A stretch of DNA of 64,000 nucleotides from Rhynchobatus australiae (lineage: Eukaryota): the NCBI GenBank assembly GCA_034780895.1, contig JAUZTB010000017.1, forward strand, positions 16,802,197-16,866,196, written 5' to 3'. The notes beneath the pieces are model-generated. The model saw nothing but the letters and a program-made list of their open reading frames with translations, did not search any database and was not told where the DNA came from. Within the stretch, counting starts at the first letter, position 1. Every line of letters begins with the position of its first letter. Made by a program: the position numbers and the translations under genes. This document shows, piece after piece, positions 12,309 through 23,215 of the stretch.

Positions 12309-15300
12309 ATACGTCAGAGGTGCTCAGTTTATTAATATCATGTACAGGCAGTATCTTGTGAATCACTGTTGTCTTATCAGTACTGTCTTATTTACATGTA
12401 GACAATATTCACCAAATATCTAAATAGGCAGGGATGCATGTATTTAGTGAATGATGAATTCACTCTGTGCTACTTCCTTCGAAGTTTGGAATCAAGGGCT
12501 CAAGAACAATTTTCCCAAAAAAGCAATTTAATGTGGCCTGAAGCTATGAATTTAGCAAGTGCTGAGCCAATACTTGAAGGGAAGGGTCACTGGCAAAGCT
12601 AGCTAGAGGAATTTCATTTTGTGAATGCTTAAGAGTTGTGTTGTTTCTTTTCAAATGCAAGGCACTTACAAAAAACCTCTCAGCAGCTCTCTGGTGTCTG
12701 GAATATTTAGGATGGAATTTGTATTGGAATTAACCTGATCAGATAAAAATAGTGTTGGATCCACTGCTGGTAACTTCACATTTAAAAATAAACTGTCCAG
12801 TAACAATAAACCATCAAAACTAAGACCTGGGTGGGCAATGCACTAAATAATTTTGCTTCATGGCATGATGTGCATTAATTCCAGAATATAAACTATCCAA
12901 GTGATGCAGTGTAAAATATGGTTTGCTACTTTAATTTAGGAATAATATTAAAGTACTTTCTCACACCTCTTGAAGGCACAAGGCACCGAGGTACAATTCC
13001 ATAGTGGGGACTGGGGAAGTTATTCTCAGCTTTTTCAAATGATCAGTTTAAATGTGGAGCCACTGAGTGTTGACACACTATTCAATCACAAGGAGTATCA
13101 CATCCCGTCCTGTTCTCAATTATTACCTCCACACATGCATTTTCCAATGGAAGCTTGAACTTTCCCCTTACCAACACATAGGCAAGGAGATCCTTTTCCA
13201 ATTCTTGTCCTGATAAAGTGCAATGTACTTTGGAAAATCCAATAACTAAATCTGGAAGTTTACTGACTCTAACACAGGTACATTTACTTTGATCAAGGGT
13301 ATTGCTAAACAAGGTATTATTGAAAATTTAGAGTAAAATATCTTTAATGCGAATATAGTTTTATGTAGACCTTATGTTTGGCAAGGAGAACAATGAGTAA
13401 GTCCTTTAATGAAGTCTCTGCTGCTCTGGTTCATTTAATCTCTGAAGCCCAAATTTCTACCTTCAGTTCACAGAAAATCCAAACATGATTCGGTTGTAAG
13501 CTCTGCAGTCCATCCTAAGAAGCATCGGAGCTGATGCACTGGACTCATCCCAGTCAACATTCTTTGTTTCTCTTTTCTCTACCAGCTTCCTCCCTTTCCA
13601 TCTCTTGCTCTGAAACAGATCAACACCTGGTTGTGTACGTCTCCTAAGGAAGTACCTACCTTCAGATATGTTCCAAGTGATCAAGCTTTCTTGTGATTGA
13701 TTAATTAAGCATAGGAGAATAACATTTGTTTAATATACAAATATAGATGATACACAAGGCAGAGATCAATAGGTGGCGAATCACCCAGAAGTTTGGTAAA
13801 TTTATGTCTTGTTGATTCAGTCATGATTTAGATCAGAATTCAAACATGGCACATAATGGTCACCATGGCTAAGTTGCATGCTGGCTATGGCACATTTGAA
13901 AACTCAGAAACTGTAATGGAAAAATAAAAGTTCTAAAGAAGCTGTTAATAAAAAGTACTAATTTCCTGCAAAATAATCTTTTAATTTCATTCAATACACA
14001 ACATATAGAGGGTTTGGAAAAAGTTAGTAATTCGTAGCAAGGCTGAAAGAACATGGGAGGGTTTGGGGACAGAAGGCCGTGGGATCACAGCCAATGTGGG
14101 AATGGAGCAGAAAGTCTAGGCCAGAAGGCTGTTTCACATGAAAGGTTGAGTCTTTTAGCTGAGGGCCAAAAAATCCAATACATGTGCATGACGTGGTGCC
14201 TAAGGGCCATATGTAACCAACAGAGGTTCAGTGACTACCATGTGGGATTGGGTGTTTTCTATACATCCAGGCTATATGCTGATGGCAATGAAAATCATAT
14301 TTATTATACATCATTGCATTCGATTCCTGCAGTAACTTTGAGCAGAACTAACATGCCCCAGTATCTAACTATGTGATAAATTTATCCAACAACTTATGGT
14401 GCTTGAAGAAAGGATCTTGTAGAGGTGCTGTTTCACTGTTTCACAAAGATTATGCTGGCTTGTTTTAGACCTCAAGTTACCCATCAGTGCCTTTTTATTT
14501 TACAACTTTTGTGTTACATAAGTGGATTTTGTTCTGGCAACCACTGTGCTGCCCTACTTTCATCCTCTCCAGAAAATGTTTATTTCATTCAGGGATGGTC
14601 CAGGTTTGCCTTTGGAACTGGGGGGAGAGGGGGGGAATGCAGAAAAGGAGAGGGAAGGAGCTTTAGGGCTCCTTAAGAAGAGGGTAATGTGTGGGAGTCC
14701 ATTCCCTCAGCTGGTCTTCAAGTTGAACCTTCCTTAACTTCACTGAGCAGCAAAGAGCAAGGTGCCTGTGCTTCACCTTGGGAACTGTTATTGAATTTTA
14801 CCGCCAGCTGCAACCACATCTGGAATACCCCACCAGTCCATGGACATCACTGTAACCATAATCTTCATTGTGAACCTTCACTTTGTCATCATGAAGCTGT
14901 TCTAGACCATCACGAGTGATATCAGTAATGTATCACAGTACAGGGAGGTGACTGAGACTCTCCATACCATAAAGAACACATGGCCCATGTACAGAATGAA
15001 GGAAGACAAGATAGAACAAAGCTCAAGATGCATTGTTGGGTACAAGGTGGAATAGACTGCGTCCACATTTCTTTGTTTGCTATTTAGCATCAGCCTGATA
15101 TTTTTGTCACTGAATATGCAACCTGTTTGTAAATTTACAGGGCTTGCAAAGTGGCATTGGTAAATGTAGGGCCTGATTTACTGCCCTGCAGCAACTGTTC
15201 TCCCTCTTTCTAGTTTGCTGCCAGAGAGCTTACTTTAAGTGGTGCTATAGATGGCTTATTTCCCACCAACTTCCCAATAGGAATGCAGCCAATAAGCAGC

Positions 15301-15384
15301 ATTGTGAGCACTAGTTTCGCAAGATCTATGCACATACTGTTTGCTGAAGCATCAGTTTTCAAGCAAAACTGAAATTCCAGGCTG

Positions 15385-15640
15385 AGATGTTAAACCAGGT
15401 AGATATAAAGGAAGATCCCTTGGCATATTCAAAGAAGATCAGGTTTTTTCCCACTGCACATGCCAATAATTATCTGTCAATCAACATTACTAAAGCAGAT
15501 TATCTAGTCATTATCACATTGTTGTTTGTGGAACCATACCATTTGGAAATTGGTTGTTTTGTTTCCCTACGTTATAACAGTAATGTTTTTTTAAAAATAC
15601 TTCGTTAACCACAAAATATTTTGTGATGCATTGAGGTTCC
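15385..15640 (+). mobile_element. Deu-domain SINE relic (AmnSINE1/SacSINE1-like)
   Basis: GATGTTAAACC...AAGATCCCTTGGCATATTCAAAGAAGA...GCCAATAATTATC..TCAA.CAACATTACTAAAGCAGATTATCTAGTCATTATCACATTG.TGTTTGTGG resembles the recalled Deu domain and L2-like tail. Confidence 0.7.
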
Positions 15641-15943
15641 CTTTCTCTTTGTCCTTCATCTTCTAATAAGGTTTACACTGCAGAAAAAATAATCACAATC
15701 AACAATTGATTTGGCCACCTCACTTTTAAGTGACACACTAAATATAAATATACGTTGTTTCAGAAAGCTAAAACAAAACTGAAATTCTAAACTGTGAATG
15801 TCTATAAATTTATTCCTAATCTGGTGTGCGTTTGGAAGGAAGAACTGCGGCAGTGAAGGTGTAGGTCAATTTCCAGTTGTCATGTGTACTTGTAAACTGA
15901 AAACTAAAATAGTGGGCAATGGCAAGGAGGAGAGATATAAGAG

Positions 15944-16300
15944 ATAAGATATCTTTATTAGTCACAAGTACATCGAAACACACAGTAAAATACATCATTT
16001 TGTGGAGAGCGTTCTGGGGGCAGCCCGCAAGTGTCGCCATGTTTCCAGCACCAACATAGCATGCCCACAACTTCCTAACCTGTNNNNNNNNNNNNNNNNN
16101 NNNNNNNNNNNNNNNNNNNNNNNNNNNNNNNNNNNNNNNNNNNNNNNNNNNNNNNNNNNNNNNNNNNNNNNNNNNNNNNNNNNAATGTGGGAGGAAACCA
16201 GAGCACCCGAAGGAAACCCACACAGACACGGGGAGAACAGACAGTGGCCGGATTTGAACCCGGGTCCCTGGCGCTGTAAAGCATTACGCTAACCGCTACT
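15944..16300 (-). mobile_element. tRNA-derived V-domain SINE, copy 1 (contains 100-N gap)
   Basis: Reverse complement has A-box-like TAGCGGTTAGCG, B-box GGTTCAAATCC, V domain GTGGGTTTCCT.CGGGTGCTCTGGTTTCCTCCCACA and tail GTGACTAATAAAGATATCTTATC. Lacks about 15 bp present in the 49204 copy. Confidence 0.9.
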
Positions 16301-17644
16301 GAGAGAAGATAAAGGATGCAGTTTTACAGTTGGCAATGCAACTCAGAGTTGGGTATCCCCTTACAGAGTGCAAGACTATTACAGATTGAATGGTAGCAAT
16401 GGATTCTCTTTCTCTTTTTGAGAGTTGTTATACTCAGTCTACTGTTGCCCTAAACAAGCTCCTACAGGAACAATGGAAACATTATAGAAGTATGAATGAT
16501 TACTGCAATTTTCTGGTTGTTATGGTCTGCGATTATTTGCCTGTGTTTGCAGTACATGCCTCTAGAGTCCTGCTTATGGTGATTCTGTTCAGAGATCTGA
16601 GGACAACAAAACTAATTATTTTCAATGTGCTGTATCTTAAATTTTATGGTAAAGTTACAGCAGTAGCCTTATGCTGGAGTTAGTGAAGCTGAGACCGGTT
16701 GATGCACAGTGCAATTCACAGCTGGCTGTACTCTAGTGTGCTGTGGACACCCTGAACTGCTTACACAAGAGGAAAACTCACTGCTTTGAATAGTTTGAAA
16801 ATGGGGGCTTTCAGTATTTTCAAATATGTGTTGGCCCAGGATTTGCATTTGTAACAATGGCTAAGTGTCCATGTTGGCTGCGATTACATCTTGGATTTGG
16901 CAACAATCGGTACTTCTATGGAAGTGTGGCTTTACATGGAATGGAAAACATTGCTGTCACTATTTAGATCCTTGTCCACAGCCTGCCTGTTTTTAAGTCT
17001 TCCCCATTTCAAAGGGAAATGAATTGAACTGATGAGAATTTCATGTATTTGCAGACAGTCTGATTGTTAAATAACCCTGAAAATATCATGCCTTATTGCA
17101 AAGTATAGTGTGTTTCTGAATGTCTCTTAAGCCATAATAGCTGCTTATTTAAAAAAAAACTAATTTCATGTGGATTGTAATTTACTCAGATATATTTAAA
17201 ATAGATTTAAAATGTTTGAGAAACCATTAATGTATTTTTTTTCAGCTTCATTTGAATCATATATGTTCTAATCTTTGCTCAGCATTCCATGTAATGTTTA
17301 AAACAATGCACTTCCCTTTCATAATTTGTGGTCTGAGAATTCTTTAATTTGACTGCCCGCTCAGTCCAGGTTGATGGTAGCATGGGTGCTAAACTCCAGG
17401 AATTCCCCTTGAATTGACGTTCAACAACAAGTGAAAAAGCGCAAGCCTGTGGCACAGAAATTGCAAGATTCTTGTGGGCAGCTTTCTGAGGGTAGCAGTG
17501 AGCAGTCACTTTACCACAGACCGCAAAATCATGCCACTCTTTTTGATCTTGGTGTAAACCTATAAATGATCCAGGGTGTCCCTTCCTATACCAAGCTGGA
17601 AGGTGGGGTTAAGAAACTTGGGAAATGGGAGCACCAGTAAGCCA

Positions 17645-18020
17645 AAGGATTTGGAGCCTGCTTCTCCATTCAACTTCATTACCTCAACTCCACTTTCCTG
17701 CACTATCCTTACATCCTTCAATTCTCTTTATAGCCAAGAATCCATCCATCAATCTTAATCTTTAATATGCACATCCACTAACCTCTAGGATAAAGGATTC
17801 TAAAATTTCTCTCCACTTCAGTTTGACTTCCTATCCCAAGATTATGGCTCGTAGTTTTAGATTTTCCTTTCTGAGGCTGGGCATTTTTCCTCATCAATGC
17901 CCATCCCAGGAATCAGCTCATCCCAGGAATCAATCTACTAAACCTTCATGCAATCCCTCTAATTCAACTATTTTCTTTCTTAGAGAAAGATGCTGAAATG
18001 GTACACAGTACTCCAAGAGT
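17645..18020 (-). mobile_element. Old CR1-type LINE 3' fragment
   Basis: CATCCCAGGAATCAATCTACTAAACCTTC...TT.CTTAGA.AAAGA.GCTGAAATGGTACACAGTACTCCAAG is the reverse complement of the CR1 LEYCVQFW region. Heavily diverged. Confidence 0.6.
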
Positions 18021-18219
18021 AGAATTATACCTCGTACACTATCAGTCCAATGAGTTTGTATTTTGATGCAGTGGAGGAAAATTTAATCCATCTCCATTGA
18101 TAATGAAGTCGCTTTTGCCTGACTGCAAAGTGATGCCGAAGTGATAGTATAAGTGTGGCAAGTATCCACATGTGTAATTCCTTCCAAAAGAACTGGAGAA
18201 CCCACATTGATGTATCACA

Positions 18220-18340
18220 TAGATATATGACCTTTCATGCTCTCAGGATGGTTCAAATTGCCAGTGAATGTGTTTTGATGTGTAATAAAAACTATTATGT
18301 AACCAATGACATTGGCCAATTTATGTCATGGGATACAATA
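18220..18340 (-). mobile_element. Deu-SINE/L2-type tail remnant
   Basis: ATATATGACCTTTCATGCTCTCAGGATG...TTGGCCAATTTATG resembles the reverse complement of the 15385-15640 family tail. Weak match. Confidence 0.35.
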
Positions 18341-18414
18341 CCAGTTAATTTGTTTTGATCGCATTCATTGGGCTTCAATGGTTGCCCTTCGCTTATAAAT
18401 GAACTTCAGCACAA

Positions 18415-19155
18415 NNNNNNNNNNNNNNNNNNNNNNNNNNNNNNNNNNNNNNNNNNNNNNNNNNNNNNNNNNNNNNNNNNNNNNNNNNNNNNNNNNNNNN
18501 NNNNNNNNNNNNNNNNNNNNNNNNNNNNNNNNNNNNNNNNNNNNNNNNNNNNNNNNNNNNNNNNNNNNNNNNNNNNNNNNNNNNNNNNNNNNNNNNNNNN
18601 NNNNNNNNNNNNNNNNNNNNNNNNNNNNNNNNNNNNNNNNNNNNNNNNNNNNNNNNNNNNNNNNNNNNNNNNNNNNNNNNNNNNNNNNNNNNNNNNNNNN
18701 NNNNNNNNNNNNNNNNNNNNNNNNNNNNNNNNNNNNNNNNNNNNNNNNNNNNNNNNNNNNNNNNNNNNNNNNNNNNNNNNNNNNNNNNNNNNNNNNNNNN
18801 NNNNNNNNNNNNNNNNNNNNNNNNNNNNNNNNNNNNNNNNNNNNNNNNNNNNNNNNNNNNNNNNNNNNNNNNNNNNNNNNNNNNNNNNNNNNNNNNNNNN
18901 NNNNNNNNNNNNNNNNNNNNNNNNNNNNNNNNNNNNNNNNNNNNNNNNNNNNNNNNNNNNNNNNNNNNNNNNNNNNNNNNNNNNNNNNNNNNNNNNNNNN
19001 NNNNNNNNNNNNNNNNNNNNNNNNNNNNNNNNNNNNNNNNNNNNNNNNNNNNNNNNNNNNNNNNNNNNNNNNNNNNNNNNNNNNNNNNNNNNNNNNNNNN
19101 NNNNNNNNNNNNNNNNNNNNNNNNNNNNNNNNNNNNNNNNNNNNNNNNNNNNNNN
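18415..19155. other. Assembly gap (largest of 17 N-runs; many are exactly 100 N)
   Basis: Run of N. The poly-X ORFs in the track come from these gaps. Confidence 0.99.
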
Positions 19156-19569
19156 TTTCTTTAAGCTCTTTGCAGATTTTTCTCCTTTCTCCTATTCATC
19201 CTTTCATTACAACCTAGGATAGCGTGGGCTTGTAACATTTTCCCAGTATATGCTTGCCAGGTGGTGTGCAAGATTAGTTCAAGATTATATTTCCTTTCCC
19301 TGGTGGGAAACTTGTAACTTTGTCTGGGGCCTTGAATGGGGCAGTCCAGGTTGTTGCCTACTATGTAATCATAGGCTTAGTTCTTAAACACACCTAAGCA
19401 ACCAAACATTGGATGCAATTTTCTGCCCATGTCAGACCACAGGCAATACACAGGCACCTTTGCCCATAACAGCTATCAGTCGCTGTACACCAGATGCCTC
19501 TCATTTATAAAATGAAAGGCATCTGGTGGCAAAGTGTCCTGGTTCACAATTTGCAAATGGCTAGTTAGT

Positions 19570-20250
19570 ATACTGGTTCAGCAAATAATTAGGAAAGCTT
19601 ACAGGATGCTATCATTTATTGCCAGGGGAATTTAACACAAAAGTAGTGAGGTTATGTTTCTCGAGTATTGTGTGTTGCAGGCTGCATCCAGAACACTCTA
19701 CGCAAAAAGATGTATTTCACTGCGTGTTTTGATGTACATGTGACTAAGAAAGAAATCCTATCTCATCTTAGCTAATGGTCTCATTTAAGAAAGGACGTTC
19801 ATGCATTGGAAGCTTACAAAATGAATATCTGGAATGGGCAGGCTGTTTTATGGGGAAAGGCTAAACAAGCTAGGCTTGTACTCAGGGGTTTAAAAGAGTG
19901 AAAGGGGAGATGTTTGGTGATCTTGAGGGGCCTTGACAGGATGGATGTGGAAATGATGTTTCCACATGGGAGAATCTAGAACAAAGTATCACCGTTTAAA
20001 GATAGAGATGAGGCTAAGNNNNNNNNNNNNNNNNNNNNNNNNNNNNNNNNNNNNNNNNNNNNNNNNNNNNNNNNTGTTGGAAGCAGAGTTCTTGCATATT
20101 AAGGCAGAGGGAGATGGCTCCTTGATTAACAAGGGGGTTAGAGGTTACTGTAGGTAAATTAAAATGTGGAGTTAAGGTTGCCATCAGATCAGTCATGATC
20201 CTGTCAAGGGCAGGCTTAAGGGCCCAATTGGCAGACTCCTGCTCTTAATT
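19570..20250 (+). mobile_element. Decayed CR1-type LINE 3' region, interrupted by a V-SINE tail
   Basis: TTTATTGCCAGGGGAATTTAACACAAAAGTAG.GAGGTTATG...GAGTATTGTGTG, 'MGESRTKYHRLKI', and GATCAGTCATGATC...GGCCCAATTGGC..ACTCCTGCTC are CR1 ORF2-end and 3' UTR motifs. Confidence 0.75.
19675..19770 (+). mobile_element. 5'-truncated V-SINE tail inserted in CR1
   Basis: GGCTGC..CCAGAACACTCTACGCAAAAAGATGTATTTCACTG.GTGTTT.GATGTACATGTGACTAA matches 54741-54815. It splits the CR1 GAGTATTGTGTG|..TGGTCTC motif. Confidence 0.85.
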
Positions 20251-20944
20251 CAGACCTTCATATATTTGTAAAATGAGTGGCAGTTTCCTCTGGACTTCAA
20301 GTCACACCATGAAGAAAAGGCATCAAATAACAATGTCTATTGTCATTTCTGTGAATCCATCAAACATTTATCTGGCATTTCAGAGGACAGATGATTTAAA
20401 GCAGATATATCCAACAGAAAATAGTTCGTATTTCTTTTTGTACAATGCTTGTATTTTGGATGATGGGCAAACGCTCAAACCATATTGCCCTTGTGCTTCA
20501 TGGTTTAGTCTCTTTGATTTTGTAGACTACTAGGCTGATTTACTTGAGTTCAACTTCATAATTCTTTGTCTTCCTTCCTTTTGATATATTTCCAGCCATT
20601 CTTAAGAAAGTTTTAAAAAGTTCACACACAGAAAACACTACATAAGCATGTCAGACATACAGATTTTCTGGTAACTATGCTCTGCATTGTAAAATAATCT
20701 AGCACCACAAGTGAACAGAGTTTGTTGAAACAACAATGTTATTGACTTGTTGCTACTGTTCTATTTGGTTGTTACCCTGGAGGCCACAATCAATAGACTT
20801 TACACCCCATTAGACTAACAAATTCCAGGCCATAGCTGGANNNNNNNNNNNNNNNNNNNNNNNNNNNNNNNNNNNNNNNNNNNNNNNNNNNNNNNNNNNN
20901 NNNNNNNNNNNNNNNNNNNNNNNNNNNNNNNNNNNNNNNNTCTG

Positions 20945-21690
20945 GCTCTGTTTTCACAGCACTGTAATTTATTTCCCTTCCAGTACATATCCAGTTACTT
21001 TATGAAATCTTCTTTGATTTATCTTCCACAAGATCATGACTGATCCAATCTAGGCCTCAACACTGTTTTTTGTTCTCTTCCCATACCACATGACCCCCCT
21101 GTAGTTCAAATGTTTATCACCTTTTGTCCCAGTCCAGGAGAGAGAGTTCCAAAGAGTTACAACCCTTTCAGAGAAGAAATTTTCTTCATCTTCATCTTAA
21201 ATGGAGAACTCCTTCTTTTGAAACAATGTTACCTCTTTCAAGATAGTAGAATTAATCCTAGGACTCAAAGTTTAGTAGATCTTATTCACCATGTCATTCC
21301 TCCACAAGAACCTGTATACAAGATCGCATTTACTTCTTCTATATTCCAATGAGTATAAGCTCAGCCTGCTCAAATTTTATTCATACAGCAAGTCAATCTT
21401 CCTGTGACTGTCAATGCAGGCAAATGGGACTAGCTTGAGCTTCTTAATCAGTATGGACGAGTCAGGCAGAAGGGCCTGTTTCCCCGCTGTATTATTCGAC
21501 AACTCTATAATTCTATCCCAAGAAACAACCAAGTGAATGTTTCTTGCACTGCCTCAAATGCAATTATATTCTTCCTAAAACATGGAGACCAAAATTGTTT
21601 ACAGTATCCAGGTATGGTTTCACTATCATTCTGTAAAATTGCATCAAAATATCCCTGTCTTCATATTCCATAAGCTTTGCAATAAAATCT
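20945..21690 (-). mobile_element. Old CR1-type LINE fragments
   Basis: GAGAGTTCCAAAGAGTTACAACCCTTTCAGAGAAGAAATTTTCTTCATCTTC and GGAGACCAAAATTGTTTACAGTATCCAGGTATGG...CTTTGCAATAAA are reverse complements of CR1 ORF2-end motifs. Confidence 0.65.
21403..21515 (+). mobile_element. Short CR1 3' tail inserted in opposite orientation into older CR1
   Basis: AATGCAGGCAAATGGGACTAGC...ATGGACGAGT.AGGC.GAAGGGCCTGTTTCC..GCTGTAT...ACTCTAT. Confidence 0.7.
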
Positions 21691-22899
21691 ATGGCAATCA
21701 AATGCTCTCATGGGATATGAACTGAACTGTAAGACAGTTGTACACACTAATTAAAAGATTTTTCCCCACTAAGGGTACCACATATAGCACATGACAGCAC
21801 ACACATACATGGCTCTACGTAGATGGTATTTCTGAACTTATCTCTTTTTAAAAAACAGCTAATGAATGACTGTGCAAAACCAAAAACTGCAATATGCCCA
21901 TCCCTTTAATTAAAGACCATGTTGCAGTATACTGTGAAAAAACAAGCATTTTAATCTTTGTTTGCTTTGTAGTGAACTTCAGCTGAAAAATGCAACTTGC
22001 AACTGTTGCCTCAGTACCATAAGGCTCTTCTATTTCTGTTCTAAACTCAGTAATTTTGAAGACATAAGGAGTAACACTAGAATATTGAAAAGGAGTTATT
22101 GGAACAATGAAAAACACACTTAGAAATAAGTTGTTTTAAATTGGGCCATTTGGTAAAAGTTATATCATAACTCTGACTGTTCGTAATCACAAAGTTTGCA
22201 TTAAAGCTACCTTACTGAGTGAACTCACCTTGGTCACAACCTGGGAAACTAGCACTTGAAGGGTTAATACTGCACACACTCAATTCAGTGGACTAACCTT
22301 TTGAAATCAGATTAATTTTGGTAACAATCAAATAAAAACTTCAATCAAATAAAAACTTCTTTCCCAACATGCAAAATTGGGTGTTCGTGGATTTTATGAA
22401 GCTGATAGGCTACACCACAAATAGAATTCTAATCAGGGAAAATCAATAATCAGAGATAGTCTAGGTACTCCTGATCCTGGAGGTAGACTAGCAACCCCTG
22501 GCAAATGGACCAGAAAAACTGAACTTGAAGAATCCCACACTGCTGTCACGGTTACCAATGTGCCAAAGGATACAGACCATTTCTTTAACATCTTCCTGGA
22601 CTTAATTTTTTGTCATTATTTCTCAAGGATTTCTCTGGCTTACTACACCCCCTTCCATTTTACTGAGATTGTTCCCACTCTTCCTAACGTTTGAGAAATC
22701 CTAGAAGAATTTAGGCAGCAACCACTGAGCGTGACCCCTTTGCTTCTAAGAAACGCCCTTGTCTCCATTAACTGGGTTGAACCAGGGAAAACCCTCATTA
22801 ATTCTTGTTGTTCTCAGGAATTCATTGAGTGTCCATGGTTGCTACATGATGACATAGAAACTGTGATTCTAACTAATGGTCTACCACTGACCGGATCCC

Positions 22900-23215
22900 A
22901 ATGCAAAATAGGGCTAAGCAAGGCTATGTTTGACTCATGGGAATCCTGAGCTGGTGACCACTTAAAATGGGGCAGGAACATCCTAAAAGGCATTGATCTC
23001 TCTGTATTTCAACAGGAACATCTGCAGAAGCCATTTGCAAAAGGTGGAATGCAAAGAGTGCAAAACATTCCATACTGCCCACCCACATTGCCCTGTCCAG
23101 GCACAACCCAGTCACCTGTGGCAGAGTCTGCAGATCCTGCTTGGGACTCTTCAGCCACTTCACAACACATGAAGTGGAAGCAAGTCTTTCTTGATCCCAA
23201 GGGATTACCAAGAAA
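22900..23215 (+). mobile_element. RTE-clade LINE 3' end remnant
   Basis: 'DSWES*AGDHLKWGRNI' and 'TCGRVCRSCLGLFSHFTTH' (C-terminal CCHH-like knuckle of RTE ORF), followed by GGAAGCAAGTC...GATCCCAAGGGATTACCAAGAAAG terminus. Confidence 0.75.

Noticed and set aside
22325-22358. Short tandem duplications (17-bp x2 here; similar at about 17902-17932, 54822-54848, 43648-43668)
   Set aside because: Ordinary slippage duplications with only two units and no spacers.
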